From contig CM052816.1 of NCBI GenBank assembly GCA_028534125.1, forward strand, positions 58,034,001-58,098,000: DNA of 64,000 bases, written 5' to 3'. Shown in pieces: positions 12,716 through 23,170 of this stretch (within the stretch, counting starts at the first letter, position 1; every line of letters starts with the position of its first letter). A model generated the notes under the pieces. That model had not been told where the DNA came from and did not search any database. It saw only the letters and a list, made by a program, of their open reading frames with translations. The translations under genes and the position numbers were made by a program. Origin of the DNA: Lama glama. Taxonomy: Eukaryota.

Positions 12716-13210
12716 TATGGCAATTTTAAAGACTGATTCTTCTATTAAAAAGAATCCCATACTTGAATATTTTGCATTATTTAGTCCTTTGACAACCCTA
12801 AGAACTAAGAGTAGACAGGGAGTTTTTTAGAGGAAGTGGCTGTCCCAAGGACCAGGATGGCCAGAGATAGTCAGTGCTTCTGCCGGGGGTTTCATGCTTG
12901 TCTGATTTGTTCAATTCCAGATGCATATTCACTAGGGAAATTATTCAGTGCAGAAGTGTTAGAAGCTATAAATACACAGACTGTAATCAAGTCCAGAGGA
13001 ATTAAAAATCTAACACCGAATAAGTAAGCCCTCACTGGAAAGCCAATAGGTCATTAGGAAAAAATTTATAAGATACAAGAAAAGGTGATTAAATCTGAAC
13101 TAATAATACATTTGACAGTTATAGAAATAGTTTGTGTCCGTGGCAAAGGAGTTCACTGGTTTTATTAACCTCATTATTCAGTGTGTTAAGTTTACAAAAA
13201 TCTGGGAAGT

Positions 13211-13520
13211 TGATAACGGTAATTAAGTGGGGAAACCAGAGCATCTAGGTAAGCTGCGAGGCCCTGGCCAGGTGCTTTTAACCACCTGGTAGAGATATTT
13301 GTTTGGAGAAAAAAGGAAGGGAGGGAGGAAGGGAGGAAGGAAGGGAGAAAGAAAATGAGGGGGGATAATTTGATTTGCTCCCAGCCATGGATTATCTCTT
13401 TTCACCCATCTTGTCTCCAACCTAGGCCTTGATAACTGGATTAGTGTGTGTTATATTGAAAGACATCTGGGACAGGCCATTTCCTTGGGCTCAGTGATCA
13501 GCGTAGGGGGTGGCTGGAGC
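13211..13520 (+). promoter_or_regulatory. Candidate proximal promoter of gene B
   Basis: GATA motifs at 13211 (TGATAA), 13363 (GGATAA), 13392 (TTATCT) and 13430 (TGATAA); GGAA-rich purine tract at ~13305-13360; TATA-like 'ttatattgaa' at 13451, about 70 nt before the ATG. Confidence 0.3.
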
Positions 13521-13789
13521 ATGGCTGGAGCCGTCAGCCTGCTCTGGACACTCCTCTTCAGCTTCACTCTCCAGAGGACCCTCTGGCTCCCTCCATTAGA
13601 AAGCAAAGCGGACCAGAGTGGTAGGAATGTGGAAGAGCCAACCCTGGGGTCTGGTTCCATACCTTCCTGCTGTGTATCTTGAAGTGCATCCTAAAGAACG
13701 CTCATCACAAAAGGGTCTCCATAAAAGGAAAGACTAAAGACAGCCTATGATCTTGTGCCAAGACACAGACTGGTGTACAAGGTAATAAA

Positions 13790-14280
13790 AGAACCTCAGA
13801 GGAAATACAAAGTGGGGGTTCAGAGATGGGAGAAGATGCAACCTATTGGGAATCTAAGAAAAGACTTCACAGAGGAGGCAGCATTGAGAAGAGCTTTGAA
13901 AGGTACACAGATTTCAAAAGATGGGGGGGGGATTGTTGAAGGCAATGGGGCATTTGGAATCAAGAGGCTGCATGTGGCTGGATATAGAAGTTATACAGAG
14001 GATGATAAAAGAGAACCCCGGAGAGGTTAGCTGCAGCCCTCGCCCAGCAATGCTTGCATGCCACACTGAGACAGTTGGCTGAATTCCATGAACAGTGGGC
14101 AGCCACTGAAGGATTTAAAGTAGGAGAGTGATCTAACAGGAGCCTTGTCTTAGGAATGATGGGAAGCTACATCAGCTAAGACCAGGATATGGCAAAAGAG
14201 CTAAAGGGGAAGCAGAAATGCCAAGTAATATTTCATTTGAGCAGGGGAATGGTAATGAGAGCCTAACTTAGCCGGGGAAG
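13790..14280 (-). mobile_element. L2 fragment (within gene B intron 1)
   Basis: 'aagacttcacagaggaggcagcattgag...aacagtgggcagccactgaaggatttaaagtaggagagtgatc'. Confidence 0.7.
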
Positions 14281-16097
14281 TAGAAGACACCAAGAACCTA
14301 TCAGGGGCTCCCTAGGGCCAACCTTCCCCATGGTCTGTCCCCTGTCTATTCAGCCTAATATCTCACTACACTTATGGTGCCCACAAGTTCCTTTAAACTC
14401 CTTGAGCATGCCATGCTGTCACTCTTCCCTCCCAACCTTTGCATTTACTTTCCCTTTTGTCTAAAATAATGATGAAGATGAAGATGATAGCTGCCACTTA
14501 CATAGCACTTACTGTGTGCCTGTCACCATTCAAAGTGTTTTCTTTTCTGGAAAAGCCCTCAATTCTTGGACTAGTGCCATGTCTTTTCTCATCTTCCATC
14601 GGGGCTGGTACTACTATGGAGTACTAAATTGAGACAGCAAGGATGGAGTTTCCTGCCCTACTAATATTTTTGAGGCATAGACCTAATGGTAATTGAATTT
14701 TATTAGAAAGGTAAAAGATTACTAGCCTGTATTTTTGGGTGTATGTTGCTGTGTCTATTTTTAGAAAAGTTACAACTGTGCTAAAAATGATCAGGAAATG
14801 ATCTCACTGTATTGTGAATACCTAAATATAATGTCATTATATATTTCATTTCTCTTTGTCTGTATCCACAGCACTTAAAACAGTTTCTGGCACATAGTAC
14901 CAACATAATATATGTTTGTTGGGCTCTTGAAAAACTGAATGAGTGAGCAAATTAATAAACGAATGAAATTCTATAGACATACGCTGTGGCCCTGTCTCCT
15001 AACCCGCAGCTCTGTCTTTTTCCTCTCCTAATCCAACCCCTCAAGACCACAGTGTGGTCTTTTCTCCTGTGGTCTTCTTCAAGGGTCAAGGAGAATATGG
15101 CAGGACAAGAGTAACGACCCCAGGACAACGTTAATGTCACTGCCTCCTCCCCATTCCTGTTTGCTGGCTCTTTGTTGCCCAGGATGTGGGGACAGGATCA
15201 GGCTCTGGGAGCAAGGGGATGGGAGAGGGAGAAAGAGCAATGCTTGACAAGACATGTCACCAGTTCTAGTTGTTGACAGTAATACTAAGATTCTAATTCT
15301 CAGACACTCTAAATGGAGGTTTGAACACAGGGGATGCAGCCTCTGCCATCCTGGGTTTTGTGGACAAAGACCTGAAGGCCACACGTCTCCATTATAGCCC
15401 CAGAATTTCAGATTTCAAGTTCCTTACCAGGTAATGGTGAGAGAGTGAGTCAGCATGGCTAAAGACACTTGGCGTTGAAGACAGAGTGTGACCGTGTGGG
15501 TGAAGGTACGAGAGAAGCTTAGAGACAGAATCAAGGTGGATGGGAAATAGAAGCTCTTGACTCTTTTATCAACTTCCTGCAAAAACCTGCCAAATAGCAA
15601 TGCGCATCCTTCCGTGGATATGAAGATTTTAACCTACAGGGAGCCAGGTTCACTCATATACTTTCATTTCATTTCCCCAAGTTAGAGTTTATGATTACAG
15701 TGAAAAGAAAATTTCATTCCGAGTGCTGGATGAAGAGAAATATGATATTGCTTGACTGGAAGTAAAAGTTTAGGAAAAGGCTAGTCAGTTCAAAGGAATA
15801 CTCCTTAACATGAGAAAAACTGTAAGTTTTAACAAAGTACTAATTCACTTGATCATTCCAGTAAAACAGAAAATAGCAAATATATAAATAGTCAATTTCA
15901 GAGAAAACCAGTTTGAACATTTTTGATATATACCCTCCCTAACTTGTGGAAGTATTTGTGGGTGTGTTGCATATATATTTGTTATTCTATTCGTAAATAG
16001 AATTTTCCATTAAGAATGGAAATAAGAATTTTTCATTTTGAAAAATTAAATTATGTTTTTATGCTATGGAATTATGTTTATATGCTATTTTATACCC

Positions 16098-16268
16098 AGA
16101 GAGAATATAGGCTTCGTGGATCTGAAGCTTATGAAATTTGGGATCTTCTTTAAGAAAACATTTCAGAATGATGGGGACAAATATGTGTACAGAGCCTTGG
16201 AAGGAGCCGTGCACGTGAGGAGGTCTGACATTTAAGCTTCATTAGCCTCTTAGTAAATCCTCCTCTCT
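16098..16268 (+). mobile_element. Short non-autonomous hAT element, MER53-like
   Basis: 'ctgaagcttatgaaatttgggatcttctttaagaaaa...acagagccttggaaggagccgtgcacgtgaggagg...taagcttcattagcctcttagtaaatcctcctct'; family name uncertain. Confidence 0.6.
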
Positions 16269-17631
16269 ACGTCCTGGTTGGTTGGTTGTTTTTTTCCCCA
16301 CGTGACAATACATGGCAAACATCCATAAACTTCTTTAGTCTCTCATGCCCACAGGGAGACCGCTGAAAATAGCTCAGTCAATAAGCACACACTGAGCACC
16401 AAGTATGTGTGTGGCACTGAAACTATGAGAAGAAGTTGAGTGCGTGGCCTCAGCTCCCATCTAGGAAGGAATCATGGCAGACACAACATTTGGCCTCCTG
16501 GCTAGAGTGTCCCAATATCCCATGCACCATTCAATTACTTAACAGGCTCCCAAGAGTGAGCCCTGAGGGGAGAACCACTCACCCTCTTCTCACTGATAGC
16601 CTAACCCAACCATTCATCCAAGAAATTTATATCAAGTCACGCTCTCCAAACTAGCTTTCAGGAAGATAAGTTTTCCCACCTGCTGTCTCTTTCCTCAGCC
16701 ACATTGTCTTCTTCCCTCCAGCACATGTTCCGGGAGCCTTTGTTCTCACAATATGGCTGATGTAGCATGGTCCTGAGATCTATCAAAAATAGATGTTATT
16801 ATGTCAGTGATTATAAATAATGTAGCTCCAAAAAATGGGGGAAATGGATTTGAAGACTATAATTAAATGTAGTTCAAATGTTGTTTAAAGTTAATCACTA
16901 TAGCTTCAGTTTGAATCTTTAAAGATCCAAATTAGAAGGCAATTAATCCTTTTCTGCTGTATTTGAAATGCACACCAGAAGGCAAAGGGAGTCTTACCCC
17001 AGTTAAATGCGATGGCAGAACAGAGCAGATGTCAAATGTTTTCTATTTTAATACAGTAGCTATAGTGCTTTAAAAGCAAATGTTAGGATAACCTTCATTT
17101 AAGCACACATGGACTTTTATCTAAGTTATTATCAGACACTATTTATTAATGTGTTGCATTCATTTTTTAAAATGCTATAAAAAGTGGGTGAATCCTTCTT
17201 AGCAACCACCCAGTACCTTCTGGCGTGCTGTGGAGGATTCTGGAGTCCAAGATCTCAGGAATCCTCAGCTGACACTATTCAAAAGAAACTGTCTCATGGG
17301 TATTACTCAAACTGCCATATGATGAGAACTTATCTCATTTTTAAATACCTCCAAGTGGGTAGATTCTTAATACTCTCAGTAACTAGCCTAGATTTTAATG
17401 GCCAAACCATAGGAAATTATTGGCCAACATTAGGGGATGGTATTAAAAAAAAAAATAGAACATTCACTTAATGGGCTACTATGTGGCCATGAAAAAGAGA
17501 AAGCTCTTTATGTACTGATAGTGAAAGATCTCTGAAATACATTATAAAATGGAAAAAAAAACTACCCTAGGGTGCAGTATACAATCTGTGGGGAAAAATA
17601 ACCATATATGTATATATATATTATACTTGTA

Positions 17632-17945
17632 CAGTCGACTCTCTGTATTCGTGTGTTCTGCATCTGCAGATTCAACCAATATCCGATTGAAAATATTTGG
17701 AAAAAAATTCCAGAGAGTTTCAAAAAGCAAAACTTGAATTTGCCATCCACAGGCAACTATTTAGATAGCATTTACACTGTATTAGGTATTATAAGCAATC
17801 CAGAGATAATTTAAGGTAAACAGGAGGATGTGTGTAGGTTATATGCAAGTACTATGCCATTTAATATAAGGGACTTGGACACCCATGGACTTTGGTATTC
17901 TTGGGAGTCTGGAACCAATTCCTCATGGATACTGAGGGATGACTG
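17632..17945 (-). mobile_element. TcMar-Tigger MITE, MER2/MER2B-like, inserted in an old L1 fragment
   Basis: Inverted termini 'cagtcgactctctgtattc' and 'ggatactgagggatgactg', TA target duplication on both sides (17630-31, 17946-47). Confidence 0.9.
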
Positions 17946-19477
17946 TAATATGCATAAAATACCTCGAGCAGGATACATAGGAAAGGAGAAACCCAGTGGC
18001 CTAAGGCACAGAGTGGGAGAATTTTCACTACATACAATTTTGAGTTTTAATCCATGTGACTATATAACCTATTCAAAAGTTAAAGTAAACATAAAAGTAT
18101 GATTAATCATCACCGATGGAACACCTACATTTCTTAAACCATAATTCAAATCTGGTCTCTGGGCTGAAAAGTCAGGGGCTTCCCATGCTCTCTGTGCCTT
18201 CACTTAGACCACAGAGGCAGTGTTCCATTCTATTTCCCTCTACAAATATGATCTTTGAGAGGTTTCTCTCTGATAGCAAAATTATCGGGAAGAGAAATTA
18301 GGGCATGTGGTCTCTTGATCCTTGCTTTCTGGGTGATTCGTTCGGTTTTCCCTGGAGAGGGGAAGATGGTGACTGCAGGCTTCTCAGGCAGCCACTATAA
18401 GGTACAATAAGCAAGAAGAGTCCAGCCAGATCCCAATCATCTTTCTGAATTGCTGCAATGATTAGCAGCGCCCGGCCGGCTACCAGGATGGTAGGGGGAA
18501 GAGCTGCCCTCAGGAAGTTGCTCTGTGACTTCCTCTGGCAGGGGCTGGACCTGTGAATGTGGCTGGTCAGCCCGTCTGGGCAGACATCTTTGTCCTCTGG
18601 AGGAGACAGGGCGGGAGGCCATACAATTGCAGCAGCTCACATGGCCCTGACGCTGAGCGAAATAGTTCCAAAATGTAAATCTCTACGCAGCAGATGCAAA
18701 TCACAATTTTTTTTTTAATCTGTGATCTTTGATATTGAAAAGTCCCCCCAAAATCAATCAAAATAGGACTGAAACCATCTGTATTAGTTGAGAAGGGTCT
18801 CACTGAGGATAAATAAGTCAAAGAGCTTTATAATTGTTACTGTTCTGTTTAGTGGATGTTGGCAGTGGCGTTTTGTTTTCATGACACCTTATCAACCTAA
18901 AATAAATAGCAAAAGACGACAGCATCAATGGAAAATAAGACATTTCAGTTCATCAATAACTGGACAGTGATAAAAATAGGCACTTAGGAAGCCGCAGCTA
19001 AAATGTGCACTCAAAGTTCTATGCTTGTGGGAGGAAATGGATTCTTTGGCTGATATCTGAAAACTCCTCAGAGGCTGTTGTTCTTTAAAGAAGCCCCCTC
19101 AGACCTCAGGCTCTTCTAGATGTCCCCTTATTGCAACATATCTCAGCATTGCTCAGGAGCTCAAACACAATGCTTCCATGCAGCAAACATACAGAAAAGT
19201 CCTGCTCCCTCTTCCCAACACCCCAGAATCAGCTGTTGACTAAGAAAACATCTGGCCCCCAGATGTTGACACAAATGCAGAAACCAAAGGTCACGGTGAC
19301 TAGTTGTTTGTAATTTCTTTTGGTAAGAATTTATGCACCAGCTCTAAGAAGTTGAAATTGAGAGGGCTGAAGAGCAAGGCAAGGGCCTTGGGGGAGAAAA
19401 AGAACTCTGAAGAAGAAAGAAAAAGAAAGAGAAGTACCAACATTCTGCTTCACATGAGCATCAAACCTCTATTTGTA

Positions 19478-19670
19478 TCCCGGCCACTTCTTGAGCAAAT
19501 TATTTAATCTCTATACCTCAGACTTTTCCTTTGTGAAAAAGGAGATTTTTAAAAAATTCACATCACAGGGCAGTTGTGAGGATTAAATGAGATAATCAAT
19601 GCCTGTAGCACACACAAACATTGCATAGTACGGAGAAAATGCTCAAAAATTGGGAGCTATTATTAACATG
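19478..19670 (+). mobile_element. MIR
   Basis: 'cttgagcaaattatttaatctctatacctcagacttttcctttgtgaaaa...catcacagggcagttgtgaggattaaatgagataat'. Confidence 0.8.
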
Positions 19671-20934
19671 GGGAATTGGAGATAGAAGCAAAGGGTAAAA
19701 TTTCTAGTAGCTTTGTCTTGGGAGAAGCACAGTTGAATCAGGACTGGGGTCACATTTTGTTTCCCCAAGAGCAAGCCTGGAAACCAAATGGAAAAGTCAG
19801 CAAGAGAATGACTGCACTGCTCCCATCCCGTCCCATCGGTTCTTGGGAAGACAGTCTCCATGCACAGGCCATAACTCCTGTACGATCCCCTACCAACCCC
19901 CCATCCAATAACTGAAGCTTCCCTGTTTATCTGCAGCTCCCTGCCATACTGTCACCCAGGTTATTCCAGACTTGATTTATAGCCAACACGACTGTAATCG
20001 ACACAGTTATCACACCATAAACCCCAAGGTGACGTAAAGGTGAAGATGGGCTAAAGAGTCTATTAACATTCAATGAAAATAATATGAATAAATCATCTTG
20101 ATTTAAAAAAAAGCTATAGGAAAACACATAAACGCAAGCTACCCATCACCTTTTCATGTGATTTGATGACTTGCTTCCCTTCCTTGAGGTACAGCAGCCA
20201 TCACTCGTCTGAGGCAGCGATCCTCTTTTGTTGCTTCTGTAATAGTGGAGAGAGCAGTTCCTGGAAAATATTTAGGGACTTATTACATGTATAATGAGAA
20301 CATGGACGGATTTCAGTTAAATAATTTCTTAAAAGGCACTTCAAGGCAGGAGACTGCTGCTATCAATTTTATGGGCTGCAAGCTTCTCCCCCTGAAAGAG
20401 GTGAAGACGGAACTCAACAATGTGGTAGAGGATGGATTTCTCGCCCTTGTCCACGTGCACACGGGCACTGGACCAGAAAGAAGAAGGTTCTCTCTGAACT
20501 TTTTAAAGGTCCTTAAAACACCTTGGTAGTAGTTTTAGGTTCAGTAGCTCTTCCACAACTACTTTTCCATCTCTCCTGGAGCTGATGTGATTGATATCCT
20601 GCAGACAATACAGAACTCAGAAGCACAGGGTGGGGTAAATACTACAGGGCTCTAGGCGGCCTGGACTATAAAAACAGGCAGTTCAGTTCCAACAGGGTTA
20701 ACTTGCTTCGCGAGTTTCCGAGACAGAATTACCTCAAACAGTCCAGATTAGGTCACAATCAGCCAGGCAGAGGCCTTTCTTTACCTTTCTGTTACATAGG
20801 ATGAGTCTATTTGTTCCAGAATTCCCTCCAACCCCAATCTCCCTCACAAGGCTGAGCCTAATGATCTCCTATACGTCACAGTCCCTTTCATTTGTAAATA
20901 GCAACAATACAGACAATAATATCTTCTTCTTCTT

Positions 20935-21020
20935 ACATCTTATATAAGATATATTATATATAATATAGATAATATATATACTAACATATACATTATACTA
21001 TATATTGTATATATTATTAG
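20935..21020. repeat. AT-rich low-complexity (TA-like) tract
   Basis: Directly visible. Confidence 0.8.
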
Positions 21021-22344
21021 ACTTTAATTGTGTACCAAGCACTTTCACATGTATTTGTGACTTTAGAAGCAATTTATAGTCTACCTTGTTATTGCCCTAA
21101 ATATGTATGTGCATAGCCAGTTTAAAGGGTCTTATAGTTTCTTGAAAAAGCTGTTCTAAATTAATACAGCAGAAGGCCAATATAACAAGATGAACAGATC
21201 CTAGTCCACCTCTGGTCAGCTGTGCCCCAGGAAGATGCCAGCTGCATAAATAAATGTCTCACATTGGCATGAGTTCTACCCACTTGTTCCAGCATTGCAC
21301 AGGGTGGCTTCAGAGTTTGGGCTTTACACAGAACTTTTTGTTGAATAGCTCAGCAAGGAGTTCAGATTTGTGGGCTCCGTTTAAGGGCCAGTATCTGTAC
21401 AGTCCCCTCGACTCCAGCCTTCCAACTTATGGGGCACTTTGGATAAAAGGTTTCTGATCCTGGGGTAGCCAGATAGTTACACCTTTCCAAATGGTTGGGG
21501 ATCCATCGTTTGTTGGCTTTGAAAGGATGTTCTTTCTTTCTTTTTTTTCCCCCTGGTAATGTGTTTCAGGTCCTAGGGATGCCTGTGGTAATAGGAACTT
21601 ATGGTTCCTCTTTTCCTATTAACAATGTAGGTGAGAAAAATGACACGTGGGGCAGTTTTATCTGGACATCTGACAAAATGTCTCTCTGTGCATTTGCATT
21701 TGTGCAGGGATTTTCTTGAAGATGGATTGTCCTTTAGGAGAGACAGAATCCATGGCCTATAATATAGCTATTACTTTTGCATGAATGGCCTCAATTAGCC
21801 AAATTTGGTGAAATAGCTCTAATTCTGAGGAGAATATTTGGAAATATTCCAGCAGGAAAAAAATGCAGTAGTTCCTTCCTCCATTTTACTGAGCTTGTCT
21901 CCTTGTTTTCCTCACAGCTCTTAAAGGGCTACAGAACATTTTAAGCTTGAGCAAAGAATTGTGCCTCCCAACACTGTTTAGAGAAGGAAGGCTCGGTCTG
22001 GACGGAAAATGGCATATGTAGTAAGACCTCCACCTCTGCTCACCGCCAGGAAGGGCCCCCCTGCAGGAGGAGGTGGCAGCAACATTAGGAAGGGAATTCA
22101 AGTTTGCCTAAGTTATATTATTTAGTGTAATAGTGTTGAGTCTTCATTGAAGAAAAAGGTGACCAAAAAACAAAAACAAAAAATACAAAAACTGTTCTTG
22201 CAAAATATGTAAGCAAATAGTACATAACCAATGTATTTATCATTTTTTGCAAAAGAATTTGGCAATTGAGCCCCTTACAGCACAATGAAAACTGCATTCA
22301 ATTTTTAAAAGTTGTTTCACACACATGTTGACTAAAGCTTTAAA

Positions 22345-22402
22345 GATATATATGTGTGGGTATGTGTGTGTTTTATATATATATATATATACATTATATA
22401 TA
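22345..22402. repeat. (TG)/(TA)n compound microsatellite
   Basis: Directly visible. Confidence 0.8.
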
Positions 22403-23029
22403 TCTTGATAGATGGGATTTTTACTCTTTATGCAAACACTGCATACAAAGCATTACTAGAAATATTTAAACAACATGTAGTTTACCTTCTTTAAAGCTAT
22501 AGGTGAACAAGACAGAAAAATGTTCCATGTTCCAGTAGGATGTACTGCCTGACATTAGACAAAGTCTACTTAACCTCTAGACCACAACAGACATCCGGAT
22601 GTATCCGCGATGAGCATTAGTACTCTGCTAACGACATCCTCAAGTGCACGTGGTATCGATCTGCTTGGGTTCCAGCTCACTAACCCCAGCTGCTCCTGGC
22701 ATCAGGGAGAAGATGCTGAATAAGCAAAGGAAAGAAGGGACAGGCTGAGGAGACCAGTCCTTTCCTGCTTGCTTGGGACTGCTTACGTGACCCCTAACCA
22801 CAGCAACAACAAAAACTGCACTGCAAGCCAGTATTGGAACTGCCTTGGAGGCCACACTGCGGGCCCACGGTACCAGAACCTGACCCAGGCCCTACATTTA
22901 TCTCTGGTCCCTCCTCTTGCCCTGGGATCTCAAGGGGAAGTTTTCTTGCTTTTGTTCTCTCACAGCCAGAAACTGATGGAAGGTGGGCAATCTAGAGACC
23001 TCTGTGTGTTCGCTACCATATCCCTACTG

Positions 23030-23170
23030 GTATCTCAATGTCTTCATCTGTAAAATGGATAGTACCCACCTCACCGAGTGTTGTGATGATTAACTGAAAT
23101 AATGCCTGCGAAGTGTTGAGTATACTGATCAGCACATTCATTTTACCATTCATAAAATGTTAGCTTCTGC
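23030..23170 (+). mobile_element. MIR 3' half
   Basis: 'tctcaatgtcttcatctgtaaaatggatagtacccacctcaccgagtgttgtgatgattaactgaaataatgc'. Confidence 0.8.

Larger units (their letters stand above)
13521..16395 (+). pseudogene. Putative disrupted 3-exon gene B for a ~98-aa secreted protein (exons 13521-13620, 15682-15821, probably 16339-16395)
   Basis: Exon 1 has Kozak AGCATGG, signal-peptide-like MAGAVSLLWTLLFSFTLQRTLWLPPLESKADQS and a phase-1 donor G|gtagga. Exon 2 has acceptor 'ctttcatttcatttccccaag', phase 1, VRVYDYSEKKISFRVLDEEKYDIA*LEVKV*EKASQFKGILLNMRKT and donor |gtaagt in phase 0; stops TGA 15753 and TAG 15771. Exon 3 (less certain) is SLMPTGRPLKIAQSISTH*. Confidence 0.45.

Noticed and set aside
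15774..15821. KASQFKG resembles TAC4 KASQFFGLM, and FKGILLNMR resembles the Reeler-domain FKGFLLxAR motif
   Set aside because: No FxGLM-GKR amidation motif, and none of the other Reeler features (conserved Cys, downstream W-x-AP); matches too short to name the gene.
18567..18680. Minus-strand terminal-exon-like frame EIYILELFRSASGPCELL...
   Set aside because: Weak polypyrimidine tract, no recognisable homologue or partner exon.
20245..20529. 94-aa ORF
   Set aside because: Starts at GTG and appears to overlap a decayed CR1/MIR3-like fragment; no splice support.
22040..22082. CTCF-like motifs
   Set aside because: Both candidates mismatch core positions; cannot be supported without ChIP or conservation data.
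22574..22715. CpG-rich minus-strand exon-like segment
   Set aside because: Good acceptor but stops in all three frames and a weak donor; could be non-coding but unsupported.
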